A stretch of 64,000 bases of DNA, from positions 5,219-69,218 of the forward strand of contig JBJMOT010000116.1 of NCBI GenBank assembly GCA_045803585.1, read 5' to 3'. This document shows positions 17,819 to 28,001 of this stretch, in pieces. The DNA comes from Gemmatimonadaceae bacterium (GTDB taxonomy: Bacteria > Gemmatimonadota > Gemmatimonadetes > Gemmatimonadales > Gemmatimonadaceae). Made by a program: the position numbers and the translations under genes. The notes below the pieces were generated by a model. That model searched no databases and was not told the DNA's origin. It was given only the letters and a program-made list of their open reading frames with translations. Positions within the stretch are counted from its first letter, which is position 1. Each line of letters begins with the position of its first letter.

Positions 17819-19750
17819 TTAGCGGGCCGCTCGGGCCGGCTTTCCGCGCGATCGTGTAGTCTCACGCTCAGCCAATGAGCTGGTGGATACCATCTCAGGC
17901 TCGATCGGCGCCCCCGCCCTCCGCACAACGTAGGCTTCCATCGCGAAGTACTCGGGAAGGCCGAGCCTGTCGACGCGCTGCGCGGTGTTGCGATTGCGCT
18001 CCTCGACACGCTGCCAGAATTCGCGATCGTCCTGGCCGGGAAATGGGGCGCGGTCCTTCTGACTCTGGTGCTTGAAGATCGCCATCTTTTTGGCGCGGAG
18101 CTCGTCTTCCGACAGAGGGACGAGAACGTCTGCCTCGGCGATCTCCCATTCCTGCCACGCGCCGCGGTAATACCACATCTCGGGTGGCTGGCCCGAATAT
18201 GTAGCCAGCGCCTGCTGCACGGCCTCGAGGCACATGCGGTGGGTGCCGTGGGGATCCGACAGGTCGCCGGCAACGAAGACCAGCTCGGGCTTTTGCTCCT
18301 CGAGGAGATCGTGCACGATGCGAACGTCCTCAGGGCCGATGGGATCCTTGCGAACTTTTCCAGTCTGATAGAACGGCAGATTTAGAAAGCGAGCCTGCTC
18401 GCGTCTCATGCCGAACGTCTCGATGCCGGAGACCGCTTCCGCCTCGCGAATGGCGCGCTTCATCACCTGCACCGGGAAGGCGTCGATGTCGCCGACTTTC
18501 TTCGAGTCGAGGAACTCCTCGACTTCTTCGATGAGGGAGCCTTGGGTCGAGTCGTTGATGTCGAAGTCGTTGCCGAAGCGGCGGAGGAAGTCGGCGTAGC
18601 GCCGCACCTCATGGTCGAAGACCGCAATGTTACCGGAAGTCTGATAGGCGACGATGATGTCGTTCTTGTTCTGATGCAGCTTGTTGAGCATCCCGCCCAT
18701 CGAAATCACATCATCGTCCGGGTGGGGAGAGAAGACAACAACTTTCTTCCCGGTAGGGAGTTTGCTGCGACCTCGAATCTTGGCGATGAGTGCGTTGAAC
18801 ACTTCGCCATTGAGGGGGCCGGCTTTTCCGTGGCGCGCCAGCAGCGCGCTCAGGTGGTGCTCCCGATAATCGTTCTCGTCGAGCTTGAGAACCGACTTTC
18901 CTGTAGTCTCACCCAGCCAGATCACTGCATCGATTTCGCGCTCGCGGTTCCACTTCACTTCGCCGACGACCCATGGCGTCCGAATTCTGGTGAGGTCCGC
19001 GGCCGCTGCGAAGTCGACGTAGAACACCGCGTTCGGATGCTGCTGGAGATACGTCGCCGCGACGTCTGGATCCGGTTCGCCCTCGACGGCGCGCTTGATA
19101 ATGGCGGCTTTGTGCTCGCCTGTAGCTATCAACGCGATCTCGCGGGCGTCCATGATTGACGCCACGCCCATAGTAAGCGCTTCCGTCGGCACGTTGTCTT
19201 CACCGAAGAAGTCGGCCGCAGCGTCGCGGCGGGTCACCGTGTCCAGCGCGATTCGCCTGGTTCGTGAATCAGAGCCGGAGCCCGGCTCATTGAAGCCGAT
19301 GTGGCCGGTTTTGCCGATGCCCAGGATCTGCAGATCGATTCCGCCGGCTTTCTTGATCGCGGCTTCGTACTTCTCGCACTCCTCTTCGACGTCGTCGCGG
19401 GGGACATCGCCCTTGGGAATGTGGATGTTCTCGGGCTTGACGTTGATGTGGTTGAAGAGGTTCTCCCGCATGAACCGGTGATAGCTGTGGATGCTCTCCG
19501 GTTTCATCGGGTAGTACTCGTCGAGATTGAAGGTCACGACGTCCGAGAAGTCGAAACCGTCCTCGCGGTGCATCCTGATCAGCTCGCGGTAAATCCCGAT
19601 CGGCGTGCTGCCGGTGGCGAGGCCGAGGACTGCATGCCCGCCTTCCCGACGACGCTCCTTGATTATTTCAGCAATGCGACGGGCGATCGTTTTGGCGATC
19701 TCGTCGTACTCGACGATTACTACGGGAAGGCGTTCTCGGGAGGGTGCCAT
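17819..19750 (-). CDS. nagB: Glucosamine-6-phosphate deaminase fused to a PIG-L-like domain (long NagB)
   Basis: LGLATGSTP, FNLDEYYP, LGIGKTGHIGFNEPGS; C-terminal SPHPDDD and DPHGTH. Confidence 0.93.
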   Translation of the reverse strand: MAPSRERLPVVIVEYDEIAKTIARRIAEIIKERRREGGHAVLGLATGSTPIGIYRELIRMHREDGFDFSDVVTFNLDEYYPMKPESIHSYHRFMRENLFNHINVKPENIHIPKGDVPRDDVEEECEKYEAAIKKAGGIDLQILGIGKTGHIGFNEPGSGSDSRTRRIALDTVTRRDAAADFFGEDNVPTEALTMGVASIMDAREIALIATGEHKAAIIKRAVEGEPDPDVAATYLQQHPNAVFYVDFAAAADLTRIRTPWVVGEVKWNREREIDAVIWLGETTGKSVLKLDENDYREHHLSALLARHGKAGPLNGEVFNALIAKIRGRSKLPTGKKVVVFSPHPDDDVISMGGMLNKLHQNKNDIIVAYQTSGNIAVFDHEVRRYADFLRRFGNDFDINDSTQGSLIEEVEEFLDSKKVGDIDAFPVQVMKRAIREAEAVSGIETFGMRREQARFLNLPFYQTGKVRKDPIGPEDVRIVHDLLEEQKPELVFVAGDLSDPHGTHRMCLEAVQQALATYSGQPPEMWYYRGAWQEWEIAEADVLVPLSEDELRAKKMAIFKHQSQKDRAPFPGQDDREFWQRVEERNRNTAQRVDRLGLPEYFAMEAYVVRRAGAPIEPEMVSTSSLAERETTRSRGKPARAAR

Positions 19751-19930
19751 GGTTCTAAAATATAGGGCCGATGGTTCGCGGCGCAGGGCAGGCGAACCAG
19801 GGATGCATCAGAGCACGATCCGGCCCATCGAATACCGAAGCAGGGGGCTGAAAAGCTTAGTCAGCTGTCTCTTTTCAGCTTTACATACTGGCGTTAGAAA
19901 TTTCGTGCTATTCCGGCCGTACGCGCCGGG

Positions 19931-21160
19931 CTAACGGGCTTCCCAGTTGACGATCCGCGCCCCGAGCACCGCCTGCTGCACCATATCAGCAACATCGCGT
20001 CGCAGCTGAACGTGGCGGGTATTGTTGCGGGTCGGATTCACCCGGTTGGTGAGAACCACCACGAACAGGTCCTTCTCCGGATCGATCCAAATCGAAGTGC
20101 CGGTGAAGCCGGTGTGTCCGAAGCTCCATGGCGAGAAGAACTGTCCGGCGCTCGACCCACCCTCTGGCGAATCCCACCCAAGCGCGCGAGTCGATTCTTT
20201 GCCCTGGCGCGCGGTCCAGCGGGCAATGGTGGCTGGTTTTACGATGCGAACTCCGTTGACGCCTTCGCCCCCGTTGAGAATCATCATCGAAAACAGCGCC
20301 AGGTCCTTGGCAGTCGAGAACAGTCCGGCATGACCGGCGACCCCGCCGAGCGCCCACGCGTTCTCGTCGTGGACGGTGCCCCAGAGGAGTCCGCCGCGGG
20401 CCTCGTCGACCTGCGTTGGAGCAATGCGCGACCTCAGCGAGATTGGCGGTTGGAACTGGGTATCGACCATTCCGAGCGGTCTGAAGATCCTTTCGCCGGC
20501 CAGCACGTCCAAGGTCTTACCACTGATCCGTTCCATCACCATCTGCAGCAGGATCATATCCCAGTCGCTGTAGATCATGTTGGTGCCGGGCGTGTACTCC
20601 AGTGGACGCGCGTTGATCTGATAGAGGTACTGGTCACGACCGCGCGCGGTAGCATAGATGTTCGCGCCGGCCTCGAGCCCGCCGCTGTGTGTCAGCAGCT
20701 GCTTCACCGTTATCTGTGCCTTCTCGGGCGAGTTGAACTCGGGCAGATACGACACGACGGTGCGGTTGATGTCGAGCTGACCGGCCTCTTCGAGAATCAT
20801 CGCCAGGGTCGTGGTCGCGATGACCTTGGTCAGCGATGCCAGATCGTACAGGGTATTTGTGTCGACCGCAGGTGATCCGGGCTGATTCCAGTCGATGTAG
20901 CCGTAGCCCTTCATGTAGGCAATGTGCCCGTTACGGCCAACGGCGATTGCGACGCCTGGCGCGACTGCTTCTTCAATTGCCGTTTTTACCAGCTTGTCCA
21001 GTTTGCCAGCGAGCGCGGGATCCAGCCCCGAGTTATTGAGGCCTACCTCGGGCTCGATGTATTTGATCGGGACCGGTGGCGCCGCGACGACGCGCGCCGG
21101 TGGTGGTGGCGCGCACGCAGCGGCCGATACGAGGATGATGGCGAATCGAAAAGACTTCAT
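19931..21160 (-). CDS. Beta-lactamase-family serine hydrolase, probable lipoprotein
   Basis: ASLTK (SxxK), YSD, LLTHSGG, VHDENA, GHAGLF, GHTGFTGT; AAAC lipobox-like. Confidence 0.88.
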   Translation of the reverse strand: MKSFRFAIILVSAAACAPPPPARVVAAPPVPIKYIEPEVGLNNSGLDPALAGKLDKLVKTAIEEAVAPGVAIAVGRNGHIAYMKGYGYIDWNQPGSPAVDTNTLYDLASLTKVIATTTLAMILEEAGQLDINRTVVSYLPEFNSPEKAQITVKQLLTHSGGLEAGANIYATARGRDQYLYQINARPLEYTPGTNMIYSDWDMILLQMVMERISGKTLDVLAGERIFRPLGMVDTQFQPPISLRSRIAPTQVDEARGGLLWGTVHDENAWALGGVAGHAGLFSTAKDLALFSMMILNGGEGVNGVRIVKPATIARWTARQGKESTRALGWDSPEGGSSAGQFFSPWSFGHTGFTGTSIWIDPEKDLFVVVLTNRVNPTRNNTRHVQLRRDVADMVQQAVLGARIVNWEAR

Positions 21161-21290
21161 GGGAGCGACTACACCGGAGGATGCAAAAAAAGGGTGCGGC
21201 GCCTGGATGATCAGGCCCGTCTCATCTTCATGTTAGACGATTGTACCGGCGCGGGACAACTTCGGATGGATCTATCCGTTGTCCCTCCGT

Positions 21291-22706
21291 TTACCGTCCC
21301 GGCGCGCGGATGCAATTCCTGATGAGGTCGCCGGCTGCCACCGAGTCTGCATGCGTACTCAGTATCGGGCATGGCGGGGGAACAGCGCTGGACAACGACC
21401 GATTCCCGTTTGCTGAAACCGACCGGACCGCGGCCCACCCATCGTCCAGCTGGTCGGGAAGCAGGAAAGTTGTCCCGCTGCTCACAGGATAAATCTTTTC
21501 GTAGGTTGGCGAGAACGTCCGGCGAAACATCACCTCGTAGCTCGCCGCGCCCGGAACCGCGTTCCAGGATAGCGACCACCTCGAGCCGCCAGAAGCCTGA
21601 TCACGCCGAGCCAGCGCCAGCGGAGGCGCAGGCGCGGCGGCGAGCGAGCCCACCACCGACGCGTTCTGGCGCGCGACATTCGCTACGTAACCGAAGTTCA
21701 CGTGGGCGAAATCATCGGTCGGAAGATGCTGCCGCTTGTAGTTCTCCAGCCGCTCCGTGAACCGAAGACCGGCATCGCCGAGGCTGACGAACGGGCTGTG
21801 GTCGCCACCGCGGGAGATGCGGTCGAGACGGAATACCGGAAGAATGTGGAACGCGGGATTGTAAATCGTGCCGGTGGCCCAGGCGTACCTTGCCAGCTCT
21901 CTGCTCGGTCCATTATCGGGCTCGGCGCCGAAAATTCTGACCGTTGTCGAATCGACCGAGCCATCCTCGGCGACCACGTTACCGACGATGTCATCGGTGA
22001 ACGCGGCGACGATCTTATAGCCCGCCGCGTGCAGTCGCTGCGCGAGGTGGGTCGAACCGTAAAGTCCCTCCTCCTCTCCGGAGTAGGCGACGAAGATCAC
22101 CGACGATTCGAGCCCGTGCGGAAAATGTTTGGAGAACACGCGCGCGAGCTCCACCACTGCCGATGTTCCGGATCCGTCGTCATCGGCGCCAGGAGCGGTC
22201 TGTGTTGCCTCGAAACGCGCCAATGGGCCCAGGTCGGTGCGCGCGCAGACGCAGGAGTCGTAGTGACCGCCCATCACGACGACGCGGGACGTGTCGCGGC
22301 CAGGAAGCCAGGCGACGACGTCCACGATGTTGACCAGTGGCTTACCCGGATGACCGCGCATCTCCATCATTGCCGGGTCGTACTCGACGCGCAGACAGCC
22401 GCCGCACGCCTTGCTGTAGCCCGACAGCTTATTGAACAGATATCTGCGCGCCGCGCCGATGCCTCGCGTGTTGCTCATGGTATCACTCATGGCGTGACGG
22501 GTGCCGAATGACACCAGCGCCGAATCCGTTACGCGAATCTGGGCCGAGGAAATTTCGGCGATCGTCGCCGCGAGCGCCGCATCGCGTTGCAGTCCCATCT
22601 TTACATCGGTTGCGGCCACTGGTGATGGCTGCTGCGCGCTGAGTGGCGCCGAAAAAAACGTGAGGCACGCACCGCACAGCGCGGCGAAGACACGAGAGGT
22701 CGTCAT
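21291..22706 (-). CDS. Exported M28 family peptidase
   Basis: GGHYDS, PGADDDGSG, GEEEGL, GGDH. Confidence 0.88.
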   Translation of the reverse strand: MTTSRVFAALCGACLTFFSAPLSAQQPSPVAATDVKMGLQRDAALAATIAEISSAQIRVTDSALVSFGTRHAMSDTMSNTRGIGAARRYLFNKLSGYSKACGGCLRVEYDPAMMEMRGHPGKPLVNIVDVVAWLPGRDTSRVVVMGGHYDSCVCARTDLGPLARFEATQTAPGADDDGSGTSAVVELARVFSKHFPHGLESSVIFVAYSGEEEGLYGSTHLAQRLHAAGYKIVAAFTDDIVGNVVAEDGSVDSTTVRIFGAEPDNGPSRELARYAWATGTIYNPAFHILPVFRLDRISRGGDHSPFVSLGDAGLRFTERLENYKRQHLPTDDFAHVNFGYVANVARQNASVVGSLAAAPAPPLALARRDQASGGSRWSLSWNAVPGAASYEVMFRRTFSPTYEKIYPVSSGTTFLLPDQLDDGWAAVRSVSANGNRSLSSAVPPPCPILSTHADSVAAGDLIRNCIRAPGR

Positions 22707-22758
22707 GTTATGTTATCCGGATGAGGACGGGTCCGACCGCTCAGAATATTGAAGCGCT

Positions 22759-23247
22759 ATGAGCAACACAAGCCGGGTGGATGCAAAAGATCGCACCATA
22801 GAATGGCAGTGGTCGCGCTTCAATGAGATGAGCCTCGACGACCTCTACGCCGTGGTGCGACTCCGTGAAGCCGTTTTCATCATCGAGCAGAATTGTCCTT
22901 ACCCGGACTCGGACGGGCGCGATCCGGCAGCATGGCATCTACTCGGCTGGCGGGATATCGGCGGCCAGCGCGAGCTCGCGGCATACGCCCGAGTCTTCGA
23001 GCCGGGGGTGCGCTACAAGGAAGCTTCGATCGGACGAGTGGTGACCGCGGCAGCGGTGCGGGGAACCGGCGTCGGCAAGGTGCTGATGGCTGAGGCCCTG
23101 CGGCGTGTCGAGTCGCTGGCGCCTGGCCAGGTGATAAAAATCGCCGCTCAGCGCAGGCTCGAAAAATTTTATGACGGGCTCGGATTCAAGGTGGTGTCCG
23201 TTCCGTACGAGGAAGATGGAATCATGCACGTCGACATGGTCCGCTAG
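22759..23247 (+). CDS. elaA: ElaA-like GNAT acetyltransferase
   Basis: LREAVFIIEQNCPY, IGRVVT, RGTGVGKVLM, AQ..LEKFY...GF, YEEDGIMH. Confidence 0.88.
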   Translation: MSNTSRVDAKDRTIEWQWSRFNEMSLDDLYAVVRLREAVFIIEQNCPYPDSDGRDPAAWHLLGWRDIGGQRELAAYARVFEPGVRYKEASIGRVVTAAAVRGTGVGKVLMAEALRRVESLAPGQVIKIAAQRRLEKFYDGLGFKVVSVPYEEDGIMHVDMVR

Positions 23248-23270
23248 ACGTTGACTCACAGATCACGACG

Positions 23271-23819
23271 ATGATTACCAAATCGCGGTACTACGGGGGT
23301 GAAACCTTCGCCGAGTTCATGGCTCACCCCATCCAGAATCAGGAGATGTGGACAGCCATAGCGAATCGAGTGCTGATTCCGCTGGAGATATCGGCGCGCG
23401 TGGAGGCACTGCACGGGCAGTGGCATCTGCTTGTACTGAACGAAGACTGGTGCGGGGACTCGATCAACATCGTCCCGATAATCGCGAAGCTGACCGAGTC
23501 GGTCAGCAACATGGACATGCGGATTCTCTCGCGGGACCAGAATCTGGACATCATGGACGCGCATCTCACCGGCGGCAAATCCCGGTCGATCCCGATCGTG
23601 ATCCTCTTGAATCCGGAATTCGAGGAATGCGGCTGGTGGGGACCCCGTCCGCGCGAGCTGCAGAAGTGGGTTGTCGACAAGGGAATGTCCCTGCCGAAGG
23701 ATGAACGCTACAAGGAGATCAGAACGTTCTATGCCCGCGATCGGGGACTGACGACGATGCGCGAGATTGTGCAGATGCTGGAAGAATGTTGCGTCAGGGG
23801 TCCCGCGCGCCCGATTTAG
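23271..23819 (+). CDS. Thioredoxin-like protein (CxxS)
   Basis: EDWCGDS, cis-Pro SIP, WGPRP. Confidence 0.85.
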   Translation: MITKSRYYGGETFAEFMAHPIQNQEMWTAIANRVLIPLEISARVEALHGQWHLLVLNEDWCGDSINIVPIIAKLTESVSNMDMRILSRDQNLDIMDAHLTGGKSRSIPIVILLNPEFEECGWWGPRPRELQKWVVDKGMSLPKDERYKEIRTFYARDRGLTTMREIVQMLEECCVRGPARPI

Positions 23820-25197
23820 TCGACGGAAGCGAGAGGGTGAAAGTGGACCCTCCACCGTCAACACTCGTCGCGGTAAGCATCCCGCCCATTGCGGTAGCCA
23901 ATTTGCGGCTGATCGCCAAACCGAGACCGGTACCTTCGCTGCGGCTCGAATCCCTGCTGCGAATCTGTACGAACGGCTCGAAAATGGTCTCCAGCTTGTC
24001 GGCAGGGATGCCGATTCCCGTATCGGTGACTCTGATCACCACCCACGTGGCGTGTTCGACGCACTCGATCGAGATGTGACCTTCGCGCGGTGTGAACTTG
24101 ATCGCGTTGGCGAGCAGATTGAGCACGATCTGCTGAAGCTTCGCGGGATCGGCAAAAGCTGCGGCTCCCTTGTCACTGCAACGATAGTTGTATCCGAGTC
24201 CGCGACTCTCGAGCTGCGAGCCGACGAATCCCTCCATCTCGCGAAGGATCTCGTCGACGACCGTCGCGCCGGGGCGGATCTGGATGTCCTTTGCACTCTC
24301 GAGGCGCGCGAAGTCGAGAATTGTGGTGATCAGACCGAGCAGATGCTGCTGGCTCTGTTGAATTCGCTGGAGGTCACGCAACTGGGCATCGTTGAGCGGC
24401 CCATGGATCTGTCGCTCGAGCAACTCCGTGTAACCGAAGATCGCCTGGAGGGGAGTACGGAACTCATGACTCAATAGGGCGAGAAACTCGGCCTTGACCC
24501 GATTCGCCGTTTCAGCCTCCTCACGGGCTTTACGCTCGGCGAATAGCAGGGCGTCCTTCGCCCGGGTTGCCGCGGCGAGCTGGATGGTGCGCGCAGCGAT
24601 TCGGTGCTCGAGGTCGCGATTCAGCTCGCGCAGGTCTGATTCGGCTTTGCTCCGCCGGGAGATGTCGCGGAGAATCCAGCGGTGGGCGGCTGGTTCCCTT
24701 CCGCTGCCTCGCGCAATCGAGATAGAAACTGGGATGCCCTCGGCGTTACGCGGATGGACGAGGGTCTCCCAGTCGTCGAGATGACCGAAGTCGCACAGCT
24801 TGTCGAGCTGCTGGCGGTACTCCTTTCGACCCTGTTCGCCGAAAAACGAAGGTAGCGGTTTGCCCCTCAGAAATTTCGGCTCGACACCGAGCATACGGCC
24901 AGCGGCGGTGTTTGCGTCGCGGATCTTTCCGGCTGTATCGGTGATGAGGTAGGCATCCGGACCAAGATCGAAGAGCTCCCGGTATCCGGCGCGCTCTCTG
25001 TCGATCGTCTTACGACTCTCTTCGAGCTCTTTGGTTTGCTCGCGAAGACGCTCCTCGGCCAGGCGGAGTTTCTCACGCAGCGGCGCCTCTTGCACCTTGC
25101 GCGGAAAATTGCGCGTGTCGGCGTTCGTCGGTTGCTGGGCCGGGTCCATCATTCGCAACGGGATTGGGAGGGGCGGCGGCGCTTTCCCGCCAAACAT
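23794..25197 (-). CDS. PAS-domain sensor histidine kinase (start may be 25152)
   Basis: PAS, H-box SHEFRTPL, N-box NLLANAIKFT, DTGIGI, GTGLGL. Confidence 0.9.
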   Translation of the reverse strand: MFGGKAPPPLPIPLRMMDPAQQPTNADTRNFPRKVQEAPLREKLRLAEERLREQTKELEESRKTIDRERAGYRELFDLGPDAYLITDTAGKIRDANTAAGRMLGVEPKFLRGKPLPSFFGEQGRKEYRQQLDKLCDFGHLDDWETLVHPRNAEGIPVSISIARGSGREPAAHRWILRDISRRSKAESDLRELNRDLEHRIAARTIQLAAATRAKDALLFAERKAREEAETANRVKAEFLALLSHEFRTPLQAIFGYTELLERQIHGPLNDAQLRDLQRIQQSQQHLLGLITTILDFARLESAKDIQIRPGATVVDEILREMEGFVGSQLESRGLGYNYRCSDKGAAAFADPAKLQQIVLNLLANAIKFTPREGHISIECVEHATWVVIRVTDTGIGIPADKLETIFEPFVQIRSRDSSRSEGTGLGLAISRKLATAMGGMLTATSVDGGGSTFTLSLPSTKSGARDP

Positions 25198-25308
25198 CAG
25201 TTATGCAACTACAGGGCCCGTCACTTCCAATCTGCGATTTCGCCGTCAGCAGCGGAGAGGCACGGGTCTGCCCGTGCCTCGGTGGTAACTACGGAGGGGC
25301 TGAAGCTG

Positions 25309-25668
25309 TCAGCTGTTGCCGCTATCGCTCGACGCGCCGGATCTCCGGCCGCCCCGCGACGCTTCGCCGCCCTTTCGTCCGGCGATTCTCGCTTCTTCGC
25401 TGGTGAATTCGTGGGCAGTTCCCTTCTGATGCGCGGCGCGCCCCCCCTTGGCAGCGATCGCACGCTGCGCCTGGGGATCCATCGCCGCGAATCCGCGCGG
25501 AGTCTTTCGACTCACAGTTCCACTCGCGCGCAGGTCGGATCCGCCGTCGTTCCGTGCGCCGTTCCCTCCGCTCGTCCCACTTAGCCCGGTGCTCGCACCG
25601 CCGGCTCCGCCACTTCGTCCGCTCCGTTCGTCCATTCTATCCCCTTGGTCGTTAGCTTCGTCTGCCAT
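25309..25668 (-). CDS. KGG-repeat general stress protein
   Basis: RGFAAMDP...IAAKGGRAAH..GTAHEFTSEEARIAGRKGG; GGAG RBS before ATG 25668. Confidence 0.85.
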   Translation of the reverse strand: MADEANDQGDRMDERSGRSGGAGGASTGLSGTSGGNGARNDGGSDLRASGTVSRKTPRGFAAMDPQAQRAIAAKGGRAAHQKGTAHEFTSEEARIAGRKGGEASRGGRRSGASSDSGNS

Positions 25669-25782
25669 TATCCATCTCCTGCCGAAATTACGAGGTGATT
25701 TTGAAACGCGGTTCGTGGTGAGACACCATGAAGATGGTGAATCCCTCAGTGCATTTGCCGCGTGGAAGAGAACGTTCTGAAT

Positions 25783-25798
25783 GCGCAAGCGTCAGGCC
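25783..25798 (-). promoter_or_regulatory. Possible sigma-54 promoter for the KGG gene
   Basis: Minus strand CGGCCTG-ACGC-TTGCG, GG-N10-GC spacing with TTGC. Confidence 0.35.
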
Positions 25799-26061
25799 GC
25801 AATTTCCGGGCGAGGACGATCCGATTGCAAGACCGTCGACGATGTGGATTTCTTGATTCGTCGCAAGTGTGTGACAAAATTTTTCCGACCTGTCGAGGAC
25901 GACTACTGACATTTGCCGAACCGGACGCCGAATTTTACCTGCTCAAAAGTGCAGGTGCGGGGCGGGGGAGTCAGAGGTATGCGTCAGAGGAAGTCGCAGC
26001 GAACGGCAATAGGTTTGCATAAGTTTCCGAGTCGCGCATCGTTTCCCGTTCGAGGTCGCGA

Positions 26062-27030
26062 GTGAATCCAGTAGAACAAGAAACACTGTCGAAGATCGAA
26101 GTTCTGTCCGACCTCGAGCCGGTGGTGACGGAGCTGATGGCGGCCCATGAGGCCAAACGCGTGCTCTGGTTCCCCGCGGAGCTGCTGGAGCCGCCGCCCG
26201 GCGAAGACCCTGATCATCACCTGCGGTCGCTGCGGGAGCGCGCGCGCGGGATAAGTGACCCCGCTCGCGTGGCGCTCGCTCTCAACCTCCTGACCGAGGA
26301 AGGTCTTCCCCATTTTCACAGGCTGCTGGCGGTCTACCTCGGCACCGACAGCATTTGGGCGAGATGGAATAATCTCTGGACCGCCGAGGAGGATCGACAC
26401 GGCGCGATTCTCCACGATTATACCAGGGACGCAGGCGTATTCGATCCGGTGGTGATCGAGAAGATGCAGTTCGACTACATCAAGGCGGGCTTCGAGCCGG
26501 AGTGGGACAAGGATCCTTATCGGGTCTTCGTCTATACCTCGCTGCAGGAGAGAGCGACGCAGGTCTCACACGCGAACACCGGCAAGTTCGCGTCGCAGTA
26601 CGAGCCGACAATCGGCACGGTGCTTCAGAACGTGGCGAAGGAGGAAGCGCGCCACTACACGTTCTATCGCTCGGTGTTCAAGTCCGTGCTCGAGCGTGAT
26701 CCCAATCAGGGGTTGATCGCGGCGGCGAAGATCATGCCCGCCATCGACATGCCGGGTGTCAACATGCCCCACTTCCGCGAGCTGGCCGACGTAGTTCGCC
26801 GGGCTGGAATTTACGGCCCGCGCGATTATCTCAGGATCGTCGAGGAGCTGATCAAGTACTGGTCGATCGAATCCCTCGAAGGGCTGAACGATCTCGGTCG
26901 GGCGGCACAGGAAAAGATCATGGGAATTCCGAGCCGTCTCGAGCGGATCGCCGAAATCATGGAGAAGAAGTCCAAGCCCAAGACCTTCGCGTTCGACGTG
27001 GTTTTCAATCGCGTCTTCGCGATGGAATGA
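26062..27030 (+). CDS. Acyl-ACP desaturase (soluble di-iron, DesA-like)
   Basis: NLLTEEGLP, WTAEEDRH, QERAT..SH, EEARH di-iron motifs. Confidence 0.9.
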   Translation: MNPVEQETLSKIEVLSDLEPVVTELMAAHEAKRVLWFPAELLEPPPGEDPDHHLRSLRERARGISDPARVALALNLLTEEGLPHFHRLLAVYLGTDSIWARWNNLWTAEEDRHGAILHDYTRDAGVFDPVVIEKMQFDYIKAGFEPEWDKDPYRVFVYTSLQERATQVSHANTGKFASQYEPTIGTVLQNVAKEEARHYTFYRSVFKSVLERDPNQGLIAAAKIMPAIDMPGVNMPHFRELADVVRRAGIYGPRDYLRIVEELIKYWSIESLEGLNDLGRAAQEKIMGIPSRLERIAEIMEKKSKPKTFAFDVVFNRVFAME

Positions 27031-27039
27031 GGGTGGCGT

Positions 27040-27344
27040 TATAGATCGCCGCCCTGGTCAGTCGGACGGGGTCACCTTCGGCGCTACGCTCGCTCCCGCG
27101 GAGCCCCTAACAGCCTCGTTCGCTGCGCTCACTCGCGGGTCTCCTCTGGCCGCTCACTTTGCAAAGCGCCTGCGGCAACCCCGTCCTCCTTCCCTATCCG
27201 GCATTAGAACGGCGCGCTTATCCATCGTGTGGCGCGATTGAACCACAGTTCAACCGCGCGGGGCTTACGCGCGAGCGGGCCACCGACCAAGCGAGCGTAG
27301 CGCCGAAGAGGATTCCCTCGCCTCGACCCGGACCGAGATCTATA
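27040..27344. repeat. Palindromic REP/MITE-like intergenic element
   Basis: Perfect 19-bp inverted repeat CTTCGGCGCTACGCTCGCT (27076-27094) / AGCGAGCGTAGCGCCGAAG (27290-27308); outer TATAGATC/GATCTATA. Confidence 0.75.
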
Positions 27345-27388
27345 CGCAGCGGCAACCGTGCCGCAATCCGTAATGCGAGGAGAAGGCG

Positions 27389-27979
27389 CTAGATGCCGGA
27401 GAGCCCGAGGTCGGCCGAGCGCGCCTGCATGGACGCGATGACGAACGCTATGTGCTCGTCGAGATCGACGCCGAGGTCGTGCGCGCCGTTAATCACGTCG
27501 TCGCGGTTGACGCCGCGGGCGAATGCCTTGTCCTTCATCTTCTTCCGCACCGAGCGCGCGTCGACCTCGTGGACGCTCTTCGTCGGACGCACCAGCGCGG
27601 TGGCGGTGATGAGTCCGGTCAGTTCATCGACTGCAAAAAGAGTCTTTGCCATCTTCGACTCGCGCGGCGTGTTGGTGTAGTGTGCGTGGCCGAGTATCGC
27701 CTGGAGAATGTCGTTCGGGTAGCCGCGTGAGCGCAGGACGCGCACACCCTCCGATGGATGCTCTTCAGTTGCCGAGTGGGCGTTGTTGGGGAAGCGCTCG
27801 TAGTCGAAATCGTGAATGAGACCGGCTGTGCCCCAGCGCTCTTCGTCCTCGCCGAATTTCTGGGCGTAGGCGCGCATCGCCCCCTCCACCGCGAGCATGT
27901 GCTTGCGCAGCGAATCGCTCGCGGTGTACTCGTGCATCAGGGCGAGGGTCTCCTCCCGTGATGGCAAAGCGTCGGTCAT
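27389..27979 (-). CDS. HD-domain (HDIG-like) phosphohydrolase
   Basis: RKHMLAVE, GLIHDFDYE, HP, DELTG. Confidence 0.88.
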   Translation of the reverse strand: MTDALPSREETLALMHEYTASDSLRKHMLAVEGAMRAYAQKFGEDEERWGTAGLIHDFDYERFPNNAHSATEEHPSEGVRVLRSRGYPNDILQAILGHAHYTNTPRESKMAKTLFAVDELTGLITATALVRPTKSVHEVDARSVRKKMKDKAFARGVNRDDVINGAHDLGVDLDEHIAFVIASMQARSADLGLSGI

Positions 27980-28001
27980 GTCGTTCTCTCAGTCGAAGGT
28001 C

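Noticed and set aside
23794-23819. Convergent 3' gene overlaps here and at 48857-48879
   Set aside because: Short tail-to-tail overlaps are common in compact GC-rich genomes.
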